64,000 nucleotides of DNA from a virus (lineage: Duplodnaviria; Heunggongvirae; Uroviricota; Caudoviricetes): the IMG/VR virus record IMGVR_UViG_3300047558_000092; one strand, given 5' to 3'. Below the pieces are notes generated by a model that saw nothing but the letters and a program-made list of their open reading frames with translations, was not told the origin of the DNA and searched no databases. Below are positions 1 to 10,537 of this stretch, in pieces. Both the position numbers and the translations under genes were made by a program. How positions within the stretch are numbered: position 1 is the stretch's first letter; each line of letters begins with the position of its first letter.

Positions 1-64
1 GCGTTTATCTTTAGTAATTACATTAGTTATTAAAGCTAAACACAACACATAATTAGGAAATATT

Positions 65-3000
65 ATGGATTTACAAACATTGACGTTCAAAGTTGAAACT
101 GGCGAATTAACTAAAGCAGTTACAGCAATAAAAGAGTTAGGTGCAGAAGTTTCTAAGCTTAATAAGCCTGTAAAAGAATCTACTGTAAGCACAGAAAAAG
201 CTACTAAAGCTACAAAAGAAAATACGACTGTACTACAGCGTCAGCAAGATATCCTGAAATACATGACAGAAGGCTACTCTAAGGGTCAAGCTTCAGTTAT
301 GGCTTATGCTAAGGCTTCTGGTGCTTTAAACGGTGATATTGAACTCTTAGGTAAGACTTTAAAGACACAGAGAACTTTAATGGGTACAGACCCATTTGAT
401 AAAAGTATTGGTGCTTTACAAACCCTAAGAAACGAATATAAAATGGTTAATGAGGTGCAGAACCTTTACAACCAAAACTTAGGTTTAACTAAGTCTCAGA
501 TGGAAACATTGGCGCGTGAAAAACAACGCCTAATTGCCTTATATGAGATTGAAGGTAAAGATGTTAAAAATCTTGAGCTAGAATACAAGTTACTAGTTGA
601 TGAAGCCACTAGAATTGCACAAGCTGAGAACGCTATTGCAACTAGTATGCGTAATAAAGAAAAAGCTTTAACTGAAACAGCTAAGGCAAACGCTTATCTT
701 GAAAAAGAAACTCGTAGATTAGATAGTGCCTTAAAGGAAACAAATAAGGATTTATCTTCAGGGTCTAACAACGCTCTATTACGTTTTGAAGAAGCTTTAC
801 GTAAATCTGGCAAAACTGCTGCTGAACAATCAGTCGCTCTTGAAGCTTATCGCCAAAAATTAACTGCTGTAAATAAAGCCAGTGGAAACAGACAAGTAGA
901 TTATTTATCTCGTGCTTTAGGTCCACAAATTACCGACATTGGTGTTGGTTTACTTACAGGTCAAAGCCCATTAATGGTTCTACTCCAACAAGGTGGTCAA
1001 TTACGTGACCAATTTGCATTAGCTGGTGTAGCGGGTAAGGACATGGGTAAAATGCTCGTAGACGCTTCTAAAGCGATGGTAACAAGTATTAAAGATGTGG
1101 CATTAGCTGTCGGAGGTTTACTCTTCAATGCATTAAAATCTGTAGCTACAACAATTAGTGGTGGAATGTTCACCTTATTCGTAGATGGTTTTAAGGCTCT
1201 AGTATTAGGTGGTGAGGCTGCTGCAGTTTCATTAGAACGAGTTAAACTTGCCGCTATTGGCTTAGGCAAGGTAGGTTTAGTAGCCTTAGTTGCAACATTA
1301 GCCGCACTAGGAAAAGGTTTCTATGATAGCGTAGTTCAAAGTGATGCACTTGTAAAACAACTTACATTAACTGGTGGTTCATTAGGTTTAACAAAAGACC
1401 AAGCTATCCGTTATGCAGAAGCATTAAATACGGTTGGTATTAGCACAACAAAAACTCTAAGTGTTATTTCAGCTATGGCTAAAGAAGGTGGTTTTCTGGC
1501 CTCTCAAATTGCCTTAGTAACTAAAGCTGCTGTTGACATGCAAACATACGCTGGTGTTCCAATTGAAGACACAGTTAAGTCTTTTGCTAAAATGCGCGAT
1601 GAACCAGTAAAAGCTATGTTTGAATTAGCTAAAGCTACTGGAATGGTTCCTGCTGAAACTATTCGTGCAGTTGTAGAATTAGAAAAGCATGGTAAAGCTG
1701 CAGAAGCTACAGCTCTTGCAATTAAGACATTGGCAGAAACTAATCGTACACAAATTTCTAAGATGAAAGAAGACTATAGCAGTTTTGCTATCTTCATGAA
1801 AGAAACTGGTGCAGCAATTGCAGACTTCTTCGATAAAGTTTTCACTGATTTATGGTATAAAGCTGACCCTAAGACTGCAATTAAAGAACAGATTGCAGCT
1901 ATCGATGATTTATTAAGTAATAATGCTGGTTTAGCTGGTATTGTTGTAGGAAAATTCGGTATTGGTGAAGAAGGCTTCAAAGCGCAGAAAGCAGCTCTAC
2001 AAGAGAACTTACGTTTAATTGAAAAAGCTGCTGCAGCTGAACAAGACAGAAAAGCTCATGCTTCAGAAATAGCTAAAGCTTATGAAGGTTATAACAAAGA
2101 CCAAGAACAGTTTGCAACTAACCGTCAAAAACGTGAAAAGGAAATTGCAGAGGCAACCATCCGAAATCAGAAATTGATTGCAGACGGTATTATTACACAA
2201 GCTCAACATGAAGAGCAAATTGCTAATATCCGTAAGAAGTATAAAGATGAGCAACGTTCATTAACATTCTTTGAATCTGAAATGCAGAATGCCCAAAAGA
2301 TGGTAGCTGTATATGAAGATGCTCAGATTAACATGAATGAGGCTCAAAAGCGCATGTTATCTTTAGCTGTAGACCCACGCTTCTTAGAAGAAGGTCAAAA
2401 GAGACAGCAAGAGATTATGGTTGCACTTGTCAAAGCTTCAAATGAAATTAATGCTAAGACTAGATTTCAATACGGTACTAAGAACAATGCAGCACTTCTA
2501 GAAGAAAACGAAGCACTGAGAGTCCAAACAGAAATGATTGGTGCTACTGATATAGCTAAAATTAAATACACTAGGACATTAGAAGCCGAGAAGAAATATC
2601 GTGCAGAACTATTAGATATTGATAAACAAGCTTGGAGTTCTAGCGATAAAGAACTTGAGCGTATGGCTGCATTAGAGCGTTATAATCAACGTGTAAAAAA
2701 CGCAGACACAGAGATTGCCAATGTACTAAAAGCTGAACGTGTTAACGCATACGGTGCAGCATTCGAAAATGCATTTAACGGTATGGCTGATGCCCTCACT
2801 ACATTTGCTTTAACAGGTAAATTAAGTTTCAAGGGTTTAATTGACTCAATGATTACGGACCTTATCCGTTTTGAAATGAGAGCACAAATGACTGCGGTTT
2901 ATCGTAGCATTGGTGGCGCACAAGGTATTATGAGTGCATTTACAGGTGGTTGGCAATCAGGTACACAGGCTTCAGGTGCAACTGTTGGTGGCCCTATGTC

Positions 3001-3445
3001 TGGTGGTGGTCAATCTATGGTAGCTACTCCAATTGGTCCATTGCAAGCCGATGGTGGTGCATGGGCTAACGGATTACAGATGTTTGCTAAAGGCGGCTCA
3101 TTTACGAATTCAATTGTAGATAGTCCTACATTATTCAAGTTTGCTAAAGGCACTGGAATGATGGGTGAAGCTGGTCCAGAGGCTATTATGCCTTTACGCC
3201 GTGGAGCTGATGGTTCCTTAGGGGTACAAGCACAAGGTGGTGGAGGTAGTAATGTATCTGTTAATATTATTAATAACTCCAATGCCCAAGCAACAACGCA
3301 AGAGTCTACAGATTCCAGAGGAAATAGAAAAATTGAAGTTGTAATCGGAGATATGACAGCTAGTGAAGTGCAACGTAGTGGTAGTTCTTCACAAAAAGCT
3401 ATGAAAAATACATTCGGTGTACAACCGCAACTAATTAGGAGATAA
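65..3445 (+). CDS. tail tape measure protein
   Basis: 1126 aa, long coiled-coil/Ala-Lys-Glu-rich helical body, hydrophobic central segments, Gly-rich C-terminus; sits directly upstream of tail-tip genes. Confidence 0.9.
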   Translation: MDLQTLTFKVETGELTKAVTAIKELGAEVSKLNKPVKESTVSTEKATKATKENTTVLQRQQDILKYMTEGYSKGQASVMAYAKASGALNGDIELLGKTLKTQRTLMGTDPFDKSIGALQTLRNEYKMVNEVQNLYNQNLGLTKSQMETLAREKQRLIALYEIEGKDVKNLELEYKLLVDEATRIAQAENAIATSMRNKEKALTETAKANAYLEKETRRLDSALKETNKDLSSGSNNALLRFEEALRKSGKTAAEQSVALEAYRQKLTAVNKASGNRQVDYLSRALGPQITDIGVGLLTGQSPLMVLLQQGGQLRDQFALAGVAGKDMGKMLVDASKAMVTSIKDVALAVGGLLFNALKSVATTISGGMFTLFVDGFKALVLGGEAAAVSLERVKLAAIGLGKVGLVALVATLAALGKGFYDSVVQSDALVKQLTLTGGSLGLTKDQAIRYAEALNTVGISTTKTLSVISAMAKEGGFLASQIALVTKAAVDMQTYAGVPIEDTVKSFAKMRDEPVKAMFELAKATGMVPAETIRAVVELEKHGKAAEATALAIKTLAETNRTQISKMKEDYSSFAIFMKETGAAIADFFDKVFTDLWYKADPKTAIKEQIAAIDDLLSNNAGLAGIVVGKFGIGEEGFKAQKAALQENLRLIEKAAAAEQDRKAHASEIAKAYEGYNKDQEQFATNRQKREKEIAEATIRNQKLIADGIITQAQHEEQIANIRKKYKDEQRSLTFFESEMQNAQKMVAVYEDAQINMNEAQKRMLSLAVDPRFLEEGQKRQQEIMVALVKASNEINAKTRFQYGTKNNAALLEENEALRVQTEMIGATDIAKIKYTRTLEAEKKYRAELLDIDKQAWSSSDKELERMAALERYNQRVKNADTEIANVLKAERVNAYGAAFENAFNGMADALTTFALTGKLSFKGLIDSMITDLIRFEMRAQMTAVYRSIGGAQGIMSAFTGGWQSGTQASGATVGGPMSGGGQSMVATPIGPLQADGGAWANGLQMFAKGGSFTNSIVDSPTLFKFAKGTGMMGEAGPEAIMPLRRGADGSLGVQAQGGGGSNVSVNIINNSNAQATTQESTDSRGNRKIEVVIGDMTASEVQRSGSSSQKAMKNTFGVQPQLIRR

Positions 3446-3447
3446 GT

Positions 3448-3813
3448 ATGGCATATGCATATATCTGGCCTGTAACCTTACCACAGAAGCCTAACGTAAA
3501 TTATTCTGAAACCAGTGGAACGTTGATTATTCGAACATCCACGGATGCTGGTCCAGCTAAGATGCGTAGGCGTGGAGCTAGAACAAATACGCTGCAAGTT
3601 TCGTTTGAAATGTCTACAGCTCAGGTAGAGATACTTCGAGAATTCACTGAAGATACTTTAAAAGGCGTTACACGTTTTGGTTTTACACATCCACGAACTA
3701 ATGAAATTGTAGAGGTCAGGATTGTCCCACAACAGGACGGTGAACTATACTCAATTAACTATATTCTACCAGAATATTGGAGAGTTAATATGCAATTGGA
3801 AGTATTACCATGA
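3448..3813 (+). CDS. minor tail protein (distal tail / gpM-like position)
   Basis: 121 aa ORF tightly coupled (3 nt) after the tape measure gene; position and size fit a lambda/T1-style minor tail protein. Confidence 0.5.
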   Translation: MAYAYIWPVTLPQKPNVNYSETSGTLIIRTSTDAGPAKMRRRGARTNTLQVSFEMSTAQVEILREFTEDTLKGVTRFGFTHPRTNEIVEVRIVPQQDGELYSINYILPEYWRVNMQLEVLP

Positions 3814-4331
3814 GTCGATTAACCAGTATGTCGCCAGAAGCGATTAAGGCAGTATTCTCTCCAGATTCAGACGCAGACTTAATCTTTTTATTAACTGTCT
3901 ATGACCCTCTTCATCCATCACAAGTAGTTGCAAGATTGTCAGACGGTTTTACACAAAGATTAAGCGAAACAGAAAATGAAGTAATCTATGGGGTAAGAAG
4001 TAATGGCAGTGATTTTATCTTCTTACCTATGGAGGTTGGTTTACCTACTGAAGAGGAAGCTCAGGCTCCGCGCTGTTCAATTACTTTGCACGATGTTACC
4101 AGATATATTATACCAATTATTAGAAATATTACAGCTCCACCACCTATTAAGATGGAGCTAGTATTATCGAAAACACCTGACATTGTGGAGGTATCTTTTG
4201 ATGGTTTTTATATTAACAGTTTTACGTACAATGCAGATTCTGTAACTGCTAACCTCTCTATGATTGATTTGGAGAGAGAACCATTTCCAGCTCACTCTTT
4301 TACACCGAGATATTTCCCGGGTATGTTCTAA
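3810..4331 (+). CDS. minor tail protein (gpL-like position)
   Basis: 173 aa, start overlaps upstream stop (ATGA); lies between tape measure and tail-tip genes. Confidence 0.45.
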   Translation: MSRLTSMSPEAIKAVFSPDSDADLIFLLTVYDPLHPSQVVARLSDGFTQRLSETENEVIYGVRSNGSDFIFLPMEVGLPTEEEAQAPRCSITLHDVTRYIIPIIRNITAPPPIKMELVLSKTPDIVEVSFDGFYINSFTYNADSVTANLSMIDLEREPFPAHSFTPRYFPGMF

Positions 4332-4353
4332 TTACATTTTTATGAGGTATTAA

Positions 4354-7300
4354 ATGTGGTCAAATAATTATATCGGCATTCCTTTTAAGTATAAAGGGAG
4401 AAACGAAGATGGCTTAGATTGTTGGGGTCTAGCTCGGCTCATTTATAAGAATGAGTATAATATTACCCTTCCATCCTTTAGTACTGAATATGAAGACAGT
4501 GATGCCGAACGTATCGCTGAACTTATTGCTCAGTACAAGGAGGGTTGGGATTCTATAGATACCCCTTCCGAAGGCACAGCTGTCGTATTCAGAATTCTAG
4601 GCCACGAATCTCATATCGGTGTTGCAGTTTCAAATACACATTTTATTCATGCAAGAGAAGGTTATGATTCAGCTATTGAATCTTTTGATTCACCTTACTG
4701 GAGAAAACGCATTGTCGGGCATTTTAAGTATAACTCTAATAAGGGTGTGATACTAAATACAGTACCGCATCCATTACGAACAGAGCGATACACCATGCCA
4801 GTTCCAGCAGGAACTAAATTGGACATATTAGCGGATTGGATTTTAAAAGAATATAATGTTGCCGAAGAAATTAAAAGTAAGGTTAATATTCTAGTTAATG
4901 GTAGAGTTATTGCAAAATCTGACTGGTCTTCTATTACTTTAAATGATAGTGATGTAGTTGAGTATCGAGCAGTACCTAATGGTGGTAACACAACGCGATT
5001 AATACTTACGCTTGCCGTTATGTATATTGCTTTTCAATTTGGTGGCGCTGTGGGCGGTCAAATGGGTTTTACAGGCGCTACGGCTCAAGCTGTTGGCTCT
5101 ATGACAATCTCAATGATTGGTACTGTAGCAATTAATTATATTGCGCCTATCAGACCTCCAGACATGGGGCCAGACCCTAAAGACGCAGGTAGCGCTGAAC
5201 GAGCTTTAATGGTTACTGGTGCTCAGAACCGTGGAACGCCTTATCAAGCTATTCCAGTGGTTTTAGGTAAAGTGCGTGTAACACCGCCATTAGGAGCTAA
5301 CAACTATTTAACTTATGAAACCGAGCGCGATAATTACTTATCTATGTTATTAGTATGGGGCTATGGCCCATTAACTATTTATGAAGATACTTTCAGAATT
5401 GGTGAGCAAACTATTTCAAATTATACGGACTATACATTAGTTAATTTAGATAGAAAAACTACTGAGACATTTGACGATCTTACCAAATTCAATGCAATAT
5501 ATGGTTCAGATATCACACAAACAAATCCGCGATTAGAATTAGTTTGTGAAGGAAATCCAGAAACCACTGTAACTGCTGGACCTTGGGCTGAAGCTGTGTC
5601 AACTGAGACTGTGCATTCATTAACCGTTGCAATTCATTTTCCACAAGGTTTACGTAAAGTTAAAACTAAAGGTAATGGTGCAGGTGATAGCTTAAAAGCT
5701 CCAGTATCTTTTGATATGGAGTACTACTTTAACAATACTTGGATTAATCTAGGCTCTGTTACAATAGGTGCAGATTCACCTAAAAAGGACGCTTTTACAT
5801 ATACAAAAACTTTCTCAGTATATGCAGACGATTTACAACTTCCCCTATATAATGAAGGTTTAACCTTCAGAATTCGAAGAACTACTGGAGATAATGTTGA
5901 AGATAATCCAGATTACCGATATTATTTTCAAGCATATCTGCAAACTGTGACTTTTTCTCAGAATGCAGCCCCTGCTTCAGACCCAAACAACTGTAAGCTG
6001 GCAAAATCAGCTTTTAAAATTAAAGCTACAGATCAGTTAAATGGCTCTATTGAAGGTATTAATGCAATTGTTCAAACCTACGCTAAAGATTGGAATGGCT
6101 CGTCTTGGGTTTTAAATAGCACGAATAATCCAGCTTCACTATTTAGATATGTATTAGAACATCCTGCCAATGCTCAGAAGATTACAAGCACTTCTAAACT
6201 AGATTTAGTACAACTTCAACACTGGCATACATATTGTGCAAATAAAGGTTTTACCTTTAACTCTGTATTAGGAAGTCAGAAAAGTATTTTAGAAGTTCTA
6301 AGAGATATCTGCGCAGCTGGTCGTGCAAGTCCTGCATTAATAGATGGTAAATGGACAGTGACTATTGATGAAGAGAAACCTAATGTCATACAACATTTTA
6401 CACCGCATAACAGTTGGGATTTTGAATCAACAAAAACTTTACCACGAATTCCAGACGGTCTACGAGTAACTTATTTTGATGAAGATCAGAATTATCAAGA
6501 GAGTGAAATTATTGTATACTCTGCAGGTAAGAATAGTGGTAACTCATCAATGTTTGAGTCTATTCAGTTACCTGGTGTAACTAAAAAATCTGCCGTAATC
6601 GATCATGCAAGATGGCACATTGCTCAAGCTAAACTCCGCCCTGAACTTTATACATTAAATACTGACATTGAGTATCTTGTATGTAATAGAGGTGATCGAG
6701 TTAAAGTAGCTCATGATGTGCCTATGTGGGGTGTCGGTAGTGGTCGAATTAAAAATAGAGTATCTAATGTCGTTTTTGATTTAGATGAACCTCAAACTTA
6801 CGATTCCACTAAGGAATATTTAATAAGAGTTAGAGGCTCAAATGGAGCAAGCACTGTTAGAAATTTAGTGACTACTGCAACTGTTACTAGCTATTCTACA
6901 TCGAATAATTATAGTACAGTTGTATTTGATGGTACAGGGCACCCATTCAGTATAGGTGCATATGTTAAAGTAACATTAGATACTGCTTCCGAGCATTATT
7001 TAGATATGCTAGTACAAATTACTGATATAACTGAAAACAGTGTAACCTACTATAATATCGAGGGTGATGATGAAGTAACAGCAGCCACTGGAACACTTAC
7101 TCTTGCTGACGGATATATTACAAGGGTAAAATTAGATGATACAACTACTCAAGCCGAGGTAAATAGTTCAGACTTATTTATATTTGGTGAAATAGAGTCT
7201 GACTCTCAGGACTTGATTGTATTAAGTATTGAGCCTACAACTAACAAGTCTGCAAGGATTACGTTAATTGATTATGGAGTAACTTCAGACTATAATATTT

Positions 7301-9492
7301 TTACTGATTATTTAAACCTAACTGAAAATACTGTATTTGAATCACAAATAACATTACCAGCTAAATTACAATTAGGTAGTTTTAAGGAGAATCAAATCCC
7401 TGTTATTACTACACTTACCAGTAATGAAGCAGTAATGGAGAAAATTGCAGCAGGAGTATTTAAGTATAATCTTAAAGTCTCTTATTCCAATGTTTCAAAT
7501 TTACCTAAAGCTACAGACTTAGTACAAGTTCAATATGACTTAGCTAGTTCTACAGACAATCTAAATAATAGATTAGTATCCGCAGATTTTATGCAAGGTT
7601 CTATAACTGTGCCAGATGTGACAGAAGGTGAAAATTATAAGTTGCGTATCAGATATGTCTCCGCTGAAAGTAAGGTTGGCCCTTGGTCAGATTGGGTTAC
7701 AACAACTATTGTTGGTAAAACAACTCAACCTAGTGCAGTAACTAACTTTAATACTGAGGCAGATTCTACAACAGGCAGACTTTTGTTAAGTTGGGATAAT
7801 AACTCTGAAGTTGATATTAAAGGTTATGAAGTACGGACAGAAGATGCCGAATGGGGTTCAAATACTAATAGGCCCTTCTACGGTTCGGCAAATAGTTGCA
7901 CTGTGCCTCCAGAAGATGCTGAACATACTAGAACATTCTACATTAGAGCTTTTGACTATGGTGATAACTACAGTGTAAGTTCTACCAGTGTAACCTTTAC
8001 TGCACCATTACCAAATCAAGTTACTAACTTAAGTTATGTATATGGCACTACTAGTAACACTAATTCAACTGTAACTTTCAGTTGGGATTCACCTGTTGGT
8101 TCTTTATTTACAGTTAAACATTATATTGTGAAAGTATCAAAACCAAACGTAGCTGATGAAATATTAGTTACTGCAAGCACTAAATTTACAACTAGTGCGG
8201 ATTGGTTAGGTAATGCGAAACTTTCAATTATTACTGTAGATATGGCTAACAGTCAAAGTGCTGCGGCAGAGTTAACTGTACCTAAGTATGCACCAAATCC
8301 TCTTGTTACATTAGACACAGAAGTTGTAGATAATAACGTTCTACTTCGTTGGGAGTTTCCAGCTGTAACTAGTTTACCAATAGCTCAAGTTATGATTAAA
8401 CGTGGCGAGACATGGGAGACTGCAGATAAAATTATCGGAACTAAAACTGGTACATTCACATCGGTATTTGAATTGTCAGGTGGTCGCTACACTTATTGGG
8501 TTGCTACTGTTGATACAGACAATAGAGAATCTACACCACTAGCAGTTTCTGTAACAGTTTCACAACCCCCTGATTTCGTTTTTAATGCAGAATACAGAAG
8601 TACTTTTGATAGTACAAGAGTTAATGCAGCTAAAATTGTTAACAGTTCAAGTCTACTTATGCTTGTAGATACTTCTGAAACATGGGCAGAGCATTTTAGT
8701 TCTAATTCTTGGGCTAATCCTCAAGCACAGATAAATGCAGGTTATGGTTATTATGCGTTGCCAGCCTTAAGTTCAGCTTCTTATCAAGAAGTGTTCGACT
8801 ATGGGCAAGTTCTTGCAAGTAGTAGTATTACAGTCAGTCAACTTGGTATAGCAATCTCTGGAACACCTAACGTATATGTACAAATTGAAACCAGTTTAGA
8901 TAACATAACGTGGACTACTCCACAAAATGTTACTTCAATTTTTGCATTTAATTTTAGGTATATTAGAGTTACCGTTGTGGCTACATCCAGTGCAGATCAA
9001 AACTTATACATGTTAACACATTTGGTAGTACGTTTAGATAATAAACAAATTACAGATGCTGGCAATATGTCTGCAGTTAGTTCAGATACAAGCGGGACAA
9101 TTGTAAACTTTAACAAAGAGTTTATCGATATTCAGAGTATTAACCTGACAGCAGCTGGAACAACACCTATTACAGCTATGTACGATCATAAGGATTCAGT
9201 TTTAAACGGAACTTATAATCTTACAAATAATATATGTACAGTCGATATAAATTCGCATGGCTTAATTACTGGACAAAATGTACGATTAGCATTCTTAACT
9301 GGTGAGGCAACTAATGGTGTCTACACTATCACCAGAATTAATGACAATCAGTACACTGTAATATTAGACGGTGTAGCAGACACTTCAGGTACTCTTTCAA
9401 CATATGCTCAATCAATGCGAGTATATACATTCAATTCAACATCTGGCACTAGAACATCTGCTCAAGTTAGCTGGCAAATTAGAGGATATTAA
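4354..9492 (+). CDS. tail tip / host specificity protein fused to N-terminal NlpC/P60 domain (K-I-J-like fusion)
   Basis: 1712 aa; N-terminus has an NlpC/P60 Cys-His signature (DCWGLARLIY ... HIGVAV ... HFIHA); then a hydrophobic gpI-like segment; then a lambda J-like region (GPDPKDAGSAER...NRGTPYQAIPVVLGKVRVTPPL) and Ser/Thr-rich FN3-like repeats. Confidence 0.8.
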   Translation: MWSNNYIGIPFKYKGRNEDGLDCWGLARLIYKNEYNITLPSFSTEYEDSDAERIAELIAQYKEGWDSIDTPSEGTAVVFRILGHESHIGVAVSNTHFIHAREGYDSAIESFDSPYWRKRIVGHFKYNSNKGVILNTVPHPLRTERYTMPVPAGTKLDILADWILKEYNVAEEIKSKVNILVNGRVIAKSDWSSITLNDSDVVEYRAVPNGGNTTRLILTLAVMYIAFQFGGAVGGQMGFTGATAQAVGSMTISMIGTVAINYIAPIRPPDMGPDPKDAGSAERALMVTGAQNRGTPYQAIPVVLGKVRVTPPLGANNYLTYETERDNYLSMLLVWGYGPLTIYEDTFRIGEQTISNYTDYTLVNLDRKTTETFDDLTKFNAIYGSDITQTNPRLELVCEGNPETTVTAGPWAEAVSTETVHSLTVAIHFPQGLRKVKTKGNGAGDSLKAPVSFDMEYYFNNTWINLGSVTIGADSPKKDAFTYTKTFSVYADDLQLPLYNEGLTFRIRRTTGDNVEDNPDYRYYFQAYLQTVTFSQNAAPASDPNNCKLAKSAFKIKATDQLNGSIEGINAIVQTYAKDWNGSSWVLNSTNNPASLFRYVLEHPANAQKITSTSKLDLVQLQHWHTYCANKGFTFNSVLGSQKSILEVLRDICAAGRASPALIDGKWTVTIDEEKPNVIQHFTPHNSWDFESTKTLPRIPDGLRVTYFDEDQNYQESEIIVYSAGKNSGNSSMFESIQLPGVTKKSAVIDHARWHIAQAKLRPELYTLNTDIEYLVCNRGDRVKVAHDVPMWGVGSGRIKNRVSNVVFDLDEPQTYDSTKEYLIRVRGSNGASTVRNLVTTATVTSYSTSNNYSTVVFDGTGHPFSIGAYVKVTLDTASEHYLDMLVQITDITENSVTYYNIEGDDEVTAATGTLTLADGYITRVKLDDTTTQAEVNSSDLFIFGEIESDSQDLIVLSIEPTTNKSARITLIDYGVTSDYNIFTDYLNLTENTVFESQITLPAKLQLGSFKENQIPVITTLTSNEAVMEKIAAGVFKYNLKVSYSNVSNLPKATDLVQVQYDLASSTDNLNNRLVSADFMQGSITVPDVTEGENYKLRIRYVSAESKVGPWSDWVTTTIVGKTTQPSAVTNFNTEADSTTGRLLLSWDNNSEVDIKGYEVRTEDAEWGSNTNRPFYGSANSCTVPPEDAEHTRTFYIRAFDYGDNYSVSSTSVTFTAPLPNQVTNLSYVYGTTSNTNSTVTFSWDSPVGSLFTVKHYIVKVSKPNVADEILVTASTKFTTSADWLGNAKLSIITVDMANSQSAAAELTVPKYAPNPLVTLDTEVVDNNVLLRWEFPAVTSLPIAQVMIKRGETWETADKIIGTKTGTFTSVFELSGGRYTYWVATVDTDNRESTPLAVSVTVSQPPDFVFNAEYRSTFDSTRVNAAKIVNSSSLLMLVDTSETWAEHFSSNSWANPQAQINAGYGYYALPALSSASYQEVFDYGQVLASSSITVSQLGIAISGTPNVYVQIETSLDNITWTTPQNVTSIFAFNFRYIRVTVVATSSADQNLYMLTHLVVRLDNKQITDAGNMSAVSSDTSGTIVNFNKEFIDIQSINLTAAGTTPITAMYDHKDSVLNGTYNLTNNICTVDINSHGLITGQNVRLAFLTGEATNGVYTITRINDNQYTVILDGVADTSGTLSTYAQSMRVYTFNSTSGTRTSAQVSWQIRGY

Positions 9493-9494
9493 AT

Positions 9495-10256
9495 ATGGCT
9501 AATCATAATTTACCTACGCAAACTAGTGGGTACTTAGATTTCGTTACACAGTTGGATTCACGATTTGATGATTTAGCAAGGGGTCTTGACCCCTCTAAGT
9601 CGCCAGTAGGTGACCCAACTATCAGTAATTTACCAGTTGATTCAATTGGCTGGAGTAGTGAAAATAATAAATGGCGTAAGTGGAATGGTAGTGCATGGGT
9701 TTCCCTTGTAGTAAACGACCTTTACGCTATTAATATTTCAGGTAATGCTGCCACTGTTACTAATGGTGTTTACACAACTGGCACTCAAACTATTGGAGGC
9801 TCTAAAACCTTCTCTAGTGTTATTAGTGGCTCTATTGACGGTAATGCTGCTACTGTTACAGGCGGTGTTTATACTTCAGGTAATCAGACAATTGCTGGTA
9901 TAAAAACATTTAGCAGCACCATCGTTGGCTCGATCAATGGTAATGCTGCTACCGTTACAGGTGGTGTTTATACTTCTGGTGACCAAACTATTGCAGGTAT
10001 AAAAACATTTTCTAGTAAGATTACTGGGTCTATTAGCGGTAACTGCGATGGTAATGCTGCTACAGCTACAAGTGCTGCTACTGCTACTACTGCTACTACT
10101 GCTACTAAAGCAACTTCGTTGCAGACTACTGGTTGGGTTGTGGAAGAAGTCGGAACGGTACTGCAATTTAAATATGGCGGCATTGTTAAGATGACATTGG
10201 ATATAGATGGTAATATTAAGGCACTAGGTGATATCGAAGCCTACAGCACAATTTAA
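9495..10256 (+). CDS. tail fibre protein with tandem ~32 aa repeats
   Basis: 253 aa; four repeats of GNAATVTGGVYTSGxQTIAGIKTFSS followed by an Ala/Thr trinucleotide-repeat tract; immediately downstream of the tail tip gene. Confidence 0.7.
   Translation: MANHNLPTQTSGYLDFVTQLDSRFDDLARGLDPSKSPVGDPTISNLPVDSIGWSSENNKWRKWNGSAWVSLVVNDLYAINISGNAATVTNGVYTTGTQTIGGSKTFSSVISGSIDGNAATVTGGVYTSGNQTIAGIKTFSSTIVGSINGNAATVTGGVYTSGDQTIAGIKTFSSKITGSISGNCDGNAATATSAATATTATTATKATSLQTTGWVVEEVGTVLQFKYGGIVKMTLDIDGNIKALGDIEAYSTI
9735..10115 (+). repeat. ~96 bp tandem repeats (x4) plus GCT/ACT trinucleotide tract inside the fibre gene
   Basis: repeated ggtaatgctgctactgttacaggcggtgtttatacttcaggt... units and gctgctactgctactactgctactactgctact. 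Confidence 0.6.
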
Positions 10257-10270
10257 GTAAAGGGTGAGTA

Positions 10271-10498
10271 ATGCAGGAGCAAATTGAACATAGAGTTATT
10301 AAATTAGAATTGAAAGTAGAAGACCATGCGACTGAACTGAAGAAACTTCAGGATATTTCAATTGACCTTCGCAGTTCATTATCTGGTATAGAGAAAACTC
10401 TTAATCAAATTAAATATTTAGCTATTGGTGCAGTACTTGTAATTGTTTCACAATCTGCAGGTATCACTACAGTACTTAAATTAGTAGTTGGTTTATAA
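10271..10498 (+). CDS. small membrane protein (holin/antiholin or fibre-associated candidate)
   Basis: 75 aa, N-terminal coiled coil, single C-terminal TM helix; followed by a strong terminator. Confidence 0.35.
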   Translation: MQEQIEHRVIKLELKVEDHATELKKLQDISIDLRSSLSGIEKTLNQIKYLAIGAVLVIVSQSAGITTVLKLVVGL

Positions 10499-10503
10499 AT
10501 AAC

Positions 10504-10526
10504 ATCCCGCTTCGGCGGGATTTCTT
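10504..10526 (+). terminator. rho-independent terminator
   Basis: atcccgc-ttcg-gcgggat hairpin followed by a T-rich tract. Confidence 0.65.
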
Positions 10527-10537
10527 AGGGGGGTATT

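Noticed and set aside
997-3282. Four minus-strand ORFs (997..1269, 1774..1980, 2063..2254, 3010..3282) inside the tape measure gene
   Set aside because: Antisense to a long, well-supported CDS; low-complexity translations typical of shadow ORFs.
4695-4991. Minus-strand ORF inside the tail tip gene
   Set aside because: Shadow ORF antisense to the 1712 aa CDS.
9876-10183. Two minus-strand ORFs (Ser-rich, Val/Ala-rich) inside the tail fibre gene
   Set aside because: They are reverse-frame translations of the GCT/ACT and 96 bp repeats.
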